Shown: positions 48,777 to 57,303 of the stretch, in pieces
Position numbering within the stretch: position 1 is the first letter of the stretch
Layout of the letters: each line of letters opens with the position of its first letter
Assembly: GCA_002315685.1 (NCBI GenBank)
Contig: DCHX01000029.1
Span: 16,701 to 80,700, forward strand
Source: Ruminococcaceae bacterium UBA1741
GTDB taxonomy: Bacteria > Bacillota > Clostridia > Oscillospirales > Acutalibacteraceae
DNA length: 64,000 nucleotides
Reading direction: 5' to 3'
The notes under the pieces: model-generated
Seen by the model: only the letters and a program-made list of their open reading frames with translations
Database searches by the model: none
What the model was told of the DNA's origin: nothing
Made by a program: the position numbers and the translations under genes

Positions 48777-50219
48777 ATGGTTAAAAGAAGCTTATTATTT
48801 ACGGCTGTTTCATTTTGCTTTATAATAACGGCTTATAAATTTTTCGGCTTGTACACTTTGCTTGCCTTAATATTTCTTGCTTGCGGTACAACATTTTTAG
48901 TGTTCAAAAGGGTTAGAAACGCAATACTATCCACGCTTATTTTGTTGCTTTTATTTGCAAGTGTTTTTTCGGTAAACAATAAAATTCAAAACAGTAATGA
49001 GAATGCGGGAAAAGAATATACCCTTAACTTAACCGTTTGTTCGGATTCTTCAAGGTCTTCAAACTCCTCTTTTGTAACGGTTAAAAGCGAAAACAACAAC
49101 GGCTTTTACAACGGTCTTAAATACAATCTTTATTTTAAGACTTCCGACCTTAAATGCGGAGATAAAATCAAGGCAAATGTATTCTTTTTTGATAACGATA
49201 ATAAAGAACTGTTTGATTATTCGCTTTCAAAGCAAATTTACGGCAATATGTGGCTTAAATCCTATGACAAAACAGATGACAAAAGCATTTTTTATTATTC
49301 GCTCGGTAAAATTCGTTTGGGAATAAAAAATGTTTTCAAAAATGTTTTAGACAAAGATACATATAACACGCTTATTGCCATACTTTTAGGGGATAAGGGA
49401 AACCTCGATGATACATTTTCTCTTAATGTTAAAAAATCGGGTGTAAGTCATATTATGGTGGTGTCGGGACTGCACCTATCAATAATTATCGGATTTTTGT
49501 TTTTTATTATTGACCGACTGATAAAAAATAGGTTTGTAGGATTTTTTATTTCCGTAATTGCGGTTTCGCTTTTGTGTGCGATTTGCGGATTTACGCCGTC
49601 TATTATCCGCGCGGGACTAATGTATCTTTTGTTTGCGGTAGCACCTCTTTTTAACCGTGATGCCGATATATTAAACACATTAGGCGGTGCGGTAACATTC
49701 ATTCTTTTAGACGAACCGCTTTTGCTTTTTAACATTTCGTTTCAGTTATCGGTGATAGCCGTCTTTGCGGTGCTTTATGTTTCGCCGTTTTACTGCGAGT
49801 TTATTTTAGAAAAACTGAAAATAAAAAGCCGTGCGTTAATAGTGATTTTACCTATTGTAATAGTATCGTTGTTAGCCGAAATCTTTACAATGCCAATTAT
49901 AGTTTACAGATTTAGGTTTATTTCACTTGTTTCTCCTATTACAAATGTTTTAATATCCTTTCCCGTAACACTCGTTTTGGTGTTTAGCGTTATTGCCGTA
50001 ATATTCAGCTTTTCTACCGCTATAATATATCCCGTTTTGAAGCTGATAAATTTTATATTAAAGTATGTAAATTTTGTGATTAACACATTAGGCGGACTTA
50101 CATATTCGGCGGTAACAGCACCATTTTATATGATTTTCGTTTCGCTTTTGTTTAGCGTGTTTTTAATTTTATTTATGTATTTTTATAAAAAAGGAGTTGA
50201 AAAAAGTGCCCGTGAATGA
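48777..50219 (+). CDS. comEC: ComEC/Rec2 DNA uptake channel protein, short form (OB/DUF4131 plus competence domain, no MBL domain)
   Basis: TM-rich. It has the SGVSHIMVVSGLHLSII competence-domain motif, ends at 480 aa with no HxHxDH motif, and has comEC-holA synteny. Confidence 0.85.
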   Translation: MVKRSLLFTAVSFCFIITAYKFFGLYTLLALIFLACGTTFLVFKRVRNAILSTLILLLLFASVFSVNNKIQNSNENAGKEYTLNLTVCSDSSRSSNSSFVTVKSENNNGFYNGLKYNLYFKTSDLKCGDKIKANVFFFDNDNKELFDYSLSKQIYGNMWLKSYDKTDDKSIFYYSLGKIRLGIKNVFKNVLDKDTYNTLIAILLGDKGNLDDTFSLNVKKSGVSHIMVVSGLHLSIIIGFLFFIIDRLIKNRFVGFFISVIAVSLLCAICGFTPSIIRAGLMYLLFAVAPLFNRDADILNTLGGAVTFILLDEPLLLFNISFQLSVIAVFAVLYVSPFYCEFILEKLKIKSRALIVILPIVIVSLLAEIFTMPIIVYRFRFISLVSPITNVLISFPVTLVLVFSVIAVIFSFSTAIIYPVLKLINFILKYVNFVINTLGGLTYSAVTAPFYMIFVSLLFSVFLILFMYFYKKGVEKSARE

Positions 50220-51249
50220 AGAAAGTCTGCAAAACGACATCAGAAAAAAACAACTTTCAAATGTTTATATGCTTTACGGTAATGACTTGTATCTTAAAAA
50301 ACATTATCTTGATAAGCTGAGCGATATGGCATATTCGGGCGACCCGTTTTTCAATCTCCAAAGATTTGAAAGCGGTAGCGATTTGCAGGAGGTTTACGAT
50401 GCCGTAAAGCAATATCCTATGATGGCTGATTCGAAGTGCGTTGTGCTTGATAACTATGATTTTTCAAAGTCGGACAAAAAAGATTTTGAAAAGCTTTGTA
50501 CCGTTATTTCCGAGGTTGAAAGCGGTTGTGTTTTTATATTGAAATTTGATACGGTTGATGTCGATTACAAAAAGGATTCTAAATCGAAAAAGCTTATAGA
50601 TACCGTTGAAAAGGCGGGAGGTAAAGCGGTTTGTCTTGACCATAGAGCCGTTCCCGTACTTGCAAAAATGCTTGCTAAAAGTGCGGTTAAACACGGTTGT
50701 AATTTAAGCGATACCGATGCCCGTTATATGATAAATATGGTTGGCGAGGACCTAAATGTTTTGAGCAACGAACTTCAAAAGTTGTGTTTTTTCTGCGGTA
50801 GCGGTGATATTACAAAAGAAGTTATTGATAAGATTTGCATTAAAAATATCGACTCGTCCTTTTATGACTTTGTTGCGATGATAGTTGCGGGGAATGTTTC
50901 GGGTGCTTTGTCTATTCTTGACGATATGTTCTTTATGAGAATAGAGCCTTTTGTTATTCTTTCTTCGGTATCTTCGGTTTATATTGATATGTACCGTGTT
51001 TATGAGGGCAACAAAGCACAGGTAAAGCGTGGGGATATTGCCAAAGATTTTGATTATAAATCAAGAGCGTTTGTACTTGATAAGGCATCAAATAATCTTA
51101 AAAAATTTGATTTTGATAAGTTGAATAAAAGCTTCGAGTGTTTGCTTTCTACCGATTACGCGCTTAAAAGCTTCGGTGCCGACGCCCGTCAAAAGCTTGA
51201 AGAAATGACCGTAAAGCTCACCCTTATTCTTTGGGGTGATACGGCGTGA
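50206..51249 (+). CDS. holA: DNA polymerase III delta subunit
   Basis: HolA-like length and N-terminal pattern (VYMLYGNDLYLK). The GTG at 50206 lies 9 nt after AAGGAG, and the TTG at 50197 is an alternative. It overlaps the comEC end. Confidence 0.85.
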   Translation: MPVNEESLQNDIRKKQLSNVYMLYGNDLYLKKHYLDKLSDMAYSGDPFFNLQRFESGSDLQEVYDAVKQYPMMADSKCVVLDNYDFSKSDKKDFEKLCTVISEVESGCVFILKFDTVDVDYKKDSKSKKLIDTVEKAGGKAVCLDHRAVPVLAKMLAKSAVKHGCNLSDTDARYMINMVGEDLNVLSNELQKLCFFCGSGDITKEVIDKICIKNIDSSFYDFVAMIVAGNVSGALSILDDMFFMRIEPFVILSSVSSVYIDMYRVYEGNKAQVKRGDIAKDFDYKSRAFVLDKASNNLKKFDFDKLNKSFECLLSTDYALKSFGADARQKLEEMTVKLTLILWGDTA

Positions 51250-51842
51250 TAAAGCTAAACGAAGCGGTAATAGTTGAAGGTAAATACGATAAAATCACAA
51301 TAAGCAATATTATTGATGCTACAATTATCGTTACAAACGGATTTTCGGTTTTTAAGGATAAAGAAAAAAGAAAGCTTATCTCACTCCTTGCAAAAACAAA
51401 GGGAATTATTATTATGACCGATTCCGACAGTGCGGGAATGATGATAAGGTCGTTTGTAAAGAAAATTTGCGGTGATGCTAAAATAACAAATGTGTATATA
51501 CCTCAAATTCTCGGAAAAGAAAAGAGAAAAACCGTTTCTTCAAAAGAGGGATATTTAGGTGTAGAGGGTATGAAAGAGGAAGTAATACTTGAAGCACTTA
51601 AAAAAAGCGGTGTTTGCGGTAGCGTGGGAGAGAAAAGTAAATTAGTTACAAAGCGAGACCTTTTTATGTACGGACTTTCGGGCGGTGATAACAGTGCAAA
51701 GCTTCGTCAGGAGTTTTGTATAGCTTCATCTCTTCCGAAGGGAATGTCCTCGGTTGCATTTTTAGATGCTGTAAATGCAATTTATGAATATGACGAATTT
51801 ATAAGGGTGGTAGAAAAATGGCAAGATACGGACAAAAAATAA
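51246..51842 (+). CDS. Toprim-domain protein, RNase M5-like (Toprim plus DUF4093-type C-terminus)
   Basis: VIVEGKYDK, TNG and IIMTDSDSAGMMIR parallel RNase M5 motifs. The GTG start overlaps the holA stop (GTGA). Confidence 0.7.
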   Translation: MIKLNEAVIVEGKYDKITISNIIDATIIVTNGFSVFKDKEKRKLISLLAKTKGIIIMTDSDSAGMMIRSFVKKICGDAKITNVYIPQILGKEKRKTVSSKEGYLGVEGMKEEVILEALKKSGVCGSVGEKSKLVTKRDLFMYGLSGGDNSAKLRQEFCIASSLPKGMSSVAFLDAVNAIYEYDEFIRVVEKWQDTDKK

Positions 51843-52813
51843 AGCTTTTATGTATTATTGATATTTTGAAAGAATATACCGACGAAGACCATCCGATACC
51901 TGCTAATGAAATATGCGATAAGTTGTTTGAAAGAGGCGTTACCGCCGAAAGAAAAGCAATTTATGACGATATTGAGCAACTGATAGACTATGGCTTCGAT
52001 ATTATTAAAACCCGTATGCCGAAAGCCGGTTTTTTCTTGGCTTCCCGTGAGTTTGAAACACCCGAAATATATCTTCTTTGCGATGCCGTCAGAACCGCTA
52101 AATTTATTACCGCCAAAAAATCCCGTGAGCTTGTTTCAAAGCTTCAAAAAATGTTAAGCGTTAATCAAATGGCGGGGATAGAAAGCGGGATATATATTGA
52201 TTCCGAATCCAAATGTGCAAATGAAGAAATTTTTTATAATATCGACTCTATTTCCCGTGCCATAAAGGAAAAGAAAAAAATTACTTTTAGATACGGCGTA
52301 AGGCAGTTGTCCGAAAACCGAGAAATAGTTACCGTATATAGGGAAAGAAAAATAAGCCCCTATGCACAAACTTGGCAGGACGACCATTACTATCTAATAG
52401 GCAACTACGACAAGTATGACAATCTTGCACATTTCAGGATTGACCGTATCCGTTCGGTTGAGGTAACAAGCGAAAACGCAAGACCTTTTAGTGAGGTCAG
52501 CCCTTATACCGATAGCTTTGATGTTGCGGATTATACGAAGCGACTTTTTAATATGTACGGCGGAAAAATCGAGGAAATAGATTTTCGTTGTGAAAAGGGT
52601 TTGCTCGAACAGGTTGCCGATAGATTCGGCGAAAAAATATTTATAAGGAATATTACAGACACCCATTTCAGCTTTACGACAAAAGCGGTTGTAAGCGATG
52701 CGTTTGTATCATTCGTTATGAATTTCGGGGATAGAATAGAGGTTCAAAAACCGCAATATATCCGTGATATGATTAAAGAAAAAACCGAAAAAATAAACAA
52801 ACTATACGAATGA
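51818..52813 (+). CDS. HTH plus WYL-domain transcriptional regulator
   Basis: N-terminal winged HTH (KLLCIIDILKEYTDEDHPI...ERKAIYDDIEQL), a central WYL-like core (ISPYAQTWQDDHYYLIGNY...HFRIDRI), and a C-terminal extension. It overlaps the toprim gene by 25 nt. Confidence 0.8.
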   Translation: MARYGQKIKLLCIIDILKEYTDEDHPIPANEICDKLFERGVTAERKAIYDDIEQLIDYGFDIIKTRMPKAGFFLASREFETPEIYLLCDAVRTAKFITAKKSRELVSKLQKMLSVNQMAGIESGIYIDSESKCANEEIFYNIDSISRAIKEKKKITFRYGVRQLSENREIVTVYRERKISPYAQTWQDDHYYLIGNYDKYDNLAHFRIDRIRSVEVTSENARPFSEVSPYTDSFDVADYTKRLFNMYGGKIEEIDFRCEKGLLEQVADRFGEKIFIRNITDTHFSFTTKAVVSDAFVSFVMNFGDRIEVQKPQYIRDMIKEKTEKINKLYE

Positions 52814-52839
52814 TATTGAGGAACAAAGAATACAAAAAA

Positions 52840-52928
52840 CTCCCTTAGGGGAAAGCCTATGAAGGTGCTGCGGTTAGCAGACCTTTCGCCGAGCTTTGAG
52901 GCTCGGTCGGCATTAAACCCTAAGGGAG
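52840..52928 (+). ncRNA. Unclassified GC-rich structured RNA candidate (three-way junction)
   Basis: 11-bp closing helix 52840-52850/52918-52928, GCC/GGC 52855-57/52909-11, and hairpins 52862-52885 and 52888-52907. It has no substantial ORF and is clearly more GC-rich than its flanks. The strand is assigned from the downstream terminator. Confidence 0.45.
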
Positions 52929-52935
52929 CAGTGTG

Positions 52936-52967
52936 AACTACCGGTACGGCCGGTAGTTTTATTTTTT
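52936..52967 (+). terminator. Intrinsic terminator ending the comEC-holA-toprim-WYL transcription unit or the RNA candidate
   Basis: AACTACCGG pairs with CCGGTAGTT, followed by TTATTTTTT. Confidence 0.85.
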
Positions 52968-52975
52968 GGTGTTTA

Positions 52976-54184
52976 TCAGTTGAAGAATGCCTCGTGAACA
53001 ACCGAAAGTGCCTTGTCGGCATACTTTTCTTCAATGATTACCGAAATTTTAATTTCGCTTGTGGAAATCATTTGAATGTTTATATTTGAATCAAACAATG
53101 CCTCGAACATTTTAGCGGCAACGCCCGGATGACTTTCCATACCTGCGCCGACGGTTGAGATTTTAGCAACATCATCAGCGGATTTCAAATCAACATATTC
53201 AAAGTTATCTTTAAGTGCGCTTATGCAGGAAAGAGCATTAGCGCTTTCGGAACGCTTAACCGAGAAAGAAATATCCTTTGTTCCGTCACGGCCAACCGAC
53301 TGTAAAATCATATCAACCTCAATATTATTTTGAGCTAACGCATTGAAAACTCTGAATGCGGTACCGGGGTTATCTTTAAGACCGATAATCGAAATTACCG
53401 AAACATCCGTATCCTTTGCTACGCCTCTGATTAGTGTTTTTTCCATTTTAACCTTCTCCTTAACTATTGTTCCGCTTTTTCTTTCAAGGCTTGAAAGAAC
53501 TTCAAGCTCAACATTGTGTTTTTTCGCCAACTCAACCGAGCGATTATTAAGAACCTGTGCGCCGAGAGTTGCAAGCTCAAGCATTTCGTCATAGGTAATT
53601 TCCTCTAACTTTTGAGCATTCTTAACTTTTCTCGGGTCGGATGTATATACACCGTCAACATCAGTGTAAATCTGGCAACGGTCGGCATTCATAGCTGCTG
53701 CAATAGCAACGGCGCTTGTGTCGGAACCGCCTCTGCCGAGTGTGGTTAAATCGTCATATTTGTTAATGCCCTGAAATCCTGCAACGATAATGATTTTTTT
53801 CTTGTCTATTTCAGCTTTCATTCTATCGGTATTTACACTGTTAATTCTTGCAGTACCGTGATTTGTGTTAGTGTTAAAACCTGCTTGCCAACCGAGAAGC
53901 GAAATAACGGGATATCCCAACTTTTCAATAGCCATAGCAAGTAAAGCAATAGAAATTTGTTCGCCTGCGGTCAGTAAAACATCCATTTCACGCTTTGAAG
54001 GATTATCGGGGTTTATTTCCCTTGCTTTTTCAATTAAATCGTCTGTGGTGTCGCCTTGTGCAGATACTACAACGATAACATTGTTACCTTTTTTGTAGTC
54101 ATCCACAATAATGTTCGCCACATTAAAAACTCTTTCGGCGTTAGCAACCGAAGAACCGCCGAATTTTTTTACCATTAGTGCCAT
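52976..54184 (-). CDS. lysC: Aspartate kinase
   Basis: VKKFGGSSV N-terminus and two C-terminal ACT domains, 402 aa. Confidence 0.95.
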   Translation of the reverse strand: MALMVKKFGGSSVANAERVFNVANIIVDDYKKGNNVIVVVSAQGDTTDDLIEKAREINPDNPSKREMDVLLTAGEQISIALLAMAIEKLGYPVISLLGWQAGFNTNTNHGTARINSVNTDRMKAEIDKKKIIIVAGFQGINKYDDLTTLGRGGSDTSAVAIAAAMNADRCQIYTDVDGVYTSDPRKVKNAQKLEEITYDEMLELATLGAQVLNNRSVELAKKHNVELEVLSSLERKSGTIVKEKVKMEKTLIRGVAKDTDVSVISIIGLKDNPGTAFRVFNALAQNNIEVDMILQSVGRDGTKDISFSVKRSESANALSCISALKDNFEYVDLKSADDVAKISTVGAGMESHPGVAAKMFEALFDSNINIQMISTSEIKISVIIEEKYADKALSVVHEAFFN

Positions 54185-54198
54185 AGTTTCTCCTCCAA

Positions 54199-55422
54199 CT
54201 AATTTAGGGTGTGCAAAACCTTAATGCTGTCGGCATTAAGAGTAGAAATCTTTTTGTTTAATTCGCTTTCAAAATCCTCGCAAGTTAAAAATACGATTTC
54301 ATTTGCCTGTTTGTTATCAATAAAGTCAATATCGCCAAAAGCATTTTTAAGGCTACCGACTAAACTGTCATAATTAAGAGCCGAAGCCCGTACATAAAGA
54401 ACGGTCTTTTGGTCAAATTCTTTTACGAAAGATTTTGAGCCGTCGGTCCAATAAATATTTTTTCTTGAATCAAGATGTCCGATACAGTCCATAACATCGG
54501 CAACAACAGCACTTGCGGTTGCCATTTTTCCGGCACCTTTTCCGTAGAAAACAACCTCATCAACAGCATCGCCCGTAACCGAAATAGCATTAAATACACC
54601 GTTTACTTGGGACAACAGATTCGACTTTTTAACAAGAGTAGGTCTAACCGATGCCGAAATTGAGTCATTATTTGATTTTTTTGCCATACCGATTAGCTTT
54701 ATTACAAATCCCAATTTATCAGCATAATCAATATCTTCAAGTGTAATATCGGTAATGCCCTCTGTTTTAACCTGCTCGGGATATATATGCTTTCCGAAAG
54801 CGAGAGAGGCTAAAATACAAATCTTTCGACAGGCGTCGTGTCCCTCAATATCGGCGGCGGGGTTTTTCTCGGCAAATCCGTTGTCTTGCGCTAATTTCAA
54901 TGCCGCATCAAAATCCATATTGTCCACTATCATCTTATTTAGAATATAGTTAGTTGTTCCGTTTAAGATACCCTTAATTTCGGTTATCTTGTTGGCAAGC
55001 AAGCATTGAGTCATAGGACGGATAATCGGAATACCGCCTCCTACACTTGCTTCAAAAAGGAAATTAACATTATTTTTCTCGGCAATACTTATAAGCTCGG
55101 CGCCCTTTGAGGCAACTAATTCCTTATTTGAGGTAACAACGCTTTTACCGCCTTCAAGGCAACGCTTAACGAAATCGTAAGCGGGGTTTATACCGCCCAT
55201 AACCTCAACAACAATTTTTATATCACGGTCATTTGCGATAAGCTCAAAATTATCAATGAATTTATCTGAATAGGAAAGTCCTTCAAATTTTCTTAAATCC
55301 AAAATATACTTTACAAAAACATCCTCTTTAACGGCGTTATCAATTCTGTTCTTGTTGTTTATTAAAAGCTCGGCGACACCTGAACCTACCGTACCGTGTC
55401 CCATAATGGCAACATTTATCAT
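54199..55422 (-). CDS. hom: Homoserine dehydrogenase
   Basis: VAIMGHGTVGSGV Rossmann N-terminus, a catalytic central domain and a C-terminal ACT-like domain. Confidence 0.93.
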   Translation of the reverse strand: MINVAIMGHGTVGSGVAELLINNKNRIDNAVKEDVFVKYILDLRKFEGLSYSDKFIDNFELIANDRDIKIVVEVMGGINPAYDFVKRCLEGGKSVVTSNKELVASKGAELISIAEKNNVNFLFEASVGGGIPIIRPMTQCLLANKITEIKGILNGTTNYILNKMIVDNMDFDAALKLAQDNGFAEKNPAADIEGHDACRKICILASLAFGKHIYPEQVKTEGITDITLEDIDYADKLGFVIKLIGMAKKSNNDSISASVRPTLVKKSNLLSQVNGVFNAISVTGDAVDEVVFYGKGAGKMATASAVVADVMDCIGHLDSRKNIYWTDGSKSFVKEFDQKTVLYVRASALNYDSLVGSLKNAFGDIDFIDNKQANEIVFLTCEDFESELNKKISTLNADSIKVLHTLN

Positions 55423-55435
55423 TCTTTTATCCTCA

Positions 55436-55864
55436 CTATACTGATTTGATTGAAATAATTCCTTTTGCGTTTCTCAGTAAAGAAAGCAATTCTTCAAGAC
55501 TTATTTTCATATTATCTACCGCAATGGTAAGAGTAACAGGGGCAAGTCCGTTTACGGGAGCGCCTTGATGTACCGTAATAATGTTAGCGCCGTTCTCATA
55601 AAGTATTGTGGTTAGGGTAGAGAAAACACCCACTTTATCATCAAGCGTAGCATTTAGAGAAAGTATATTTGTATTAGCCGTATCAAGCCTACAAACAAAA
55701 TCACGGTACTTATAAAAAGCACTTCTTGAAACACCCGCAATTCTAACCGCTTCGGATGTGCTTTTGGCGGTTTTGTCAGCCAATAATTCCTTTGCCTTTA
55801 CAACACCCTCGAAAACGGGGGGCAAAACCTTTGAATTTATGACTAAGTAGCTTTCTTGTTTCAT
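55436..55864 (-). CDS. ACT-domain protein (UPF0735/PheB-like)
   Basis: HTH-like N-terminus plus an ACT domain, in the usual position upstream of hom. Start at the ATG at 55864, 6 nt after AGGAGGA. Confidence 0.75.
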   Translation of the reverse strand: MKQESYLVINSKVLPPVFEGVVKAKELLADKTAKSTSEAVRIAGVSRSAFYKYRDFVCRLDTANTNILSLNATLDDKVGVFSTLTTILYENGANIITVHQGAPVNGLAPVTLTIAVDNMKISLEELLSLLRNAKGIISIKSV

Positions 55865-55986
55865 AAATTGTCCTCCTACTGCGAACATTGTACTTAATTC
55901 TACTACAATTATTTTGAAAAGTCAATAGTTTTCTGTAAATAATAATTAAAGTTACTCAAACATCAAAAAAATATACGGAGGGGCTT

Positions 55987-57006
55987 ATGGAGGAGAAAAA
56001 AAGGTTTTTAATTTTCTTTGCTTATTATGCTTGTTTGGCGCTTATATTGTTTTTCGGGCTTGGGGTTATTTTGAACTATTTAATGCCGTTTGTTGTCGCA
56101 ACGGCAGTGGCTTTGGTTTCAAGGCTTGTTTCATCAAAAATTAACACTAAAATAAACAAAGACATATTATCCGTGATTATTGTAGGTTTAATATACGGCT
56201 TAATTTTGTTGATTGCCTTTTTTTGCTTCAAAAGCGTTTTGTCGCACTTTCGTGGTGCGCTTGATTATTTCTTGATTTACACTAAAAAAGCGGGGGAAAT
56301 GTTATCACGGTTTTTGAAATCTTTCAAAAAGGATTTAGCGGTTTACAATAGAATTATTGCCTCGCTTGACGGGTTGACAACAAAAATTTTTTCTTCTCTT
56401 TCAAACAACGCCACCGATTATGCAGGTAAAATACCGTCATTGCTTTTGTCTTTTTTGGTAACGGTTACGGCTTCGGTTTATATCGCAAAGGACTACACAA
56501 AGCTTAAAAAATTTATAAAGGGAATAATACCTCAAAGCATAATCGAAAAAACCGTTGTTGTGAAAAAAATCACACTCGAAGCCTCAAAAAAACTATTATT
56601 CGGATATTTTCTTTTATTTTGCATTACATTTTTTGAACTATCGGCAGCATTTTTGCTACTGAAAGTACCCTATGCCGTACCGCTTGGATTTTTGGTTGCC
56701 ATTGTGGACATTTTGCCGATTTTGGGAACCGGAACGGTTTTAATTCCGTGGGCTGTTATATCGTTTATCGGCGGTAAAACCGTTTTTGGCATTATGCTTA
56801 TACTGACATATACTGTAATAACGGTAGTAAGAAATTTTTCAGAACCTCATATTATCGGTAAGAAATTCGGTCTTAACCCGATATTTACACTTCTTTGTGT
56901 TTTTATAGGTCTTAAAATAGGCGGAGTAGTAGGCATTATAATTGTTCCGCTTACTGTTATTGTCATTATAGGTTATTACAAAAGGGAAATGAGCGAAGAA
57001 AACTAA
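55987..57006 (+). CDS. ytvI: AI-2E/YtvI-family integral membrane protein
   Basis: 339 aa polytopic protein with an AI-2E (PerM)-like conserved C-terminal half (VDILPILGTGTVLIPW). Confidence 0.65.
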   Translation: MEEKKRFLIFFAYYACLALILFFGLGVILNYLMPFVVATAVALVSRLVSSKINTKINKDILSVIIVGLIYGLILLIAFFCFKSVLSHFRGALDYFLIYTKKAGEMLSRFLKSFKKDLAVYNRIIASLDGLTTKIFSSLSNNATDYAGKIPSLLLSFLVTVTASVYIAKDYTKLKKFIKGIIPQSIIEKTVVVKKITLEASKKLLFGYFLLFCITFFELSAAFLLLKVPYAVPLGFLVAIVDILPILGTGTVLIPWAVISFIGGKTVFGIMLILTYTVITVVRNFSEPHIIGKKFGLNPIFTLLCVFIGLKIGGVVGIIIVPLTVIVIIGYYKREMSEEN

Positions 57007-57048
57007 ATAATATTTTGCTGCCGTTATCTAATAAGGAGTTGACACTTC

Positions 57049-57255
57049 TTGGAGCATAAAATAATAACGGGAAGCATTACTCATGCAACAAGAGGACGGG
57101 ATATATTAAGGACAAAAGGATATAAGGCGAATATTGAAAGAAAGGTTTCCGAAAATAAGAGCGGTTGCGGATACGCGGTTGTTTTTGACGGCGATTTGGA
57201 AAAGGCACTCGACTTATTTCGTAAAGCAGATGTAAAAATATTAAAAGTAATATAA
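57049..57255 (+). CDS. DUF3343-family small protein (putative S/Se carrier-like)
   Basis: 68 aa with the GCGYAV motif typical of DUF3343. TTG start 10 nt after AAGGAG. Confidence 0.6.
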   Translation: MEHKIITGSITHATRGRDILRTKGYKANIERKVSENKSGCGYAVVFDGDLEKALDLFRKADVKILKVI

Positions 57256-57280
57256 GTGCCGTCTTTGACGGCACTTTTTA
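57256..57280 (+). terminator. Intrinsic terminator or attenuator between the DUF3343 gene and the aminotransferase gene
   Basis: GTGCCGT pairs with ACGGCAC, followed by TTTTT, immediately after the stop codon. Confidence 0.7.
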
Positions 57281-57303
57281 GAATATTTGAAGGGTATGAT
57301 TTT

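Noticed and set aside
52840-52928. Attempted to assign the structured element to small SRP RNA, 5S rRNA, hammerhead, or the S-box, L-box, purine, c-di-GMP or Moco riboswitches
   Set aside because: The hallmark sequences are absent: no GGAAGCAGC SRP motif, no CCGAAC/GAGAGUAGG of 5S, no CUGAUGA...GAAA core, no GAGGGA or lysine-box junctions. It is also too short for the L-box or S-box. It is left unclassified.
52859-52936. 25-codon ORF (MKVLRLADLSPSFEARSALNPKGAV) inside the structured intergenic element, with AGGGGA upstream
   Set aside because: The putative RBS and most of the codons are locked in the predicted helices. The peptide has no hydrophobic or other telling feature. An RNA-level function is more parsimonious, though a micropeptide cannot be excluded.
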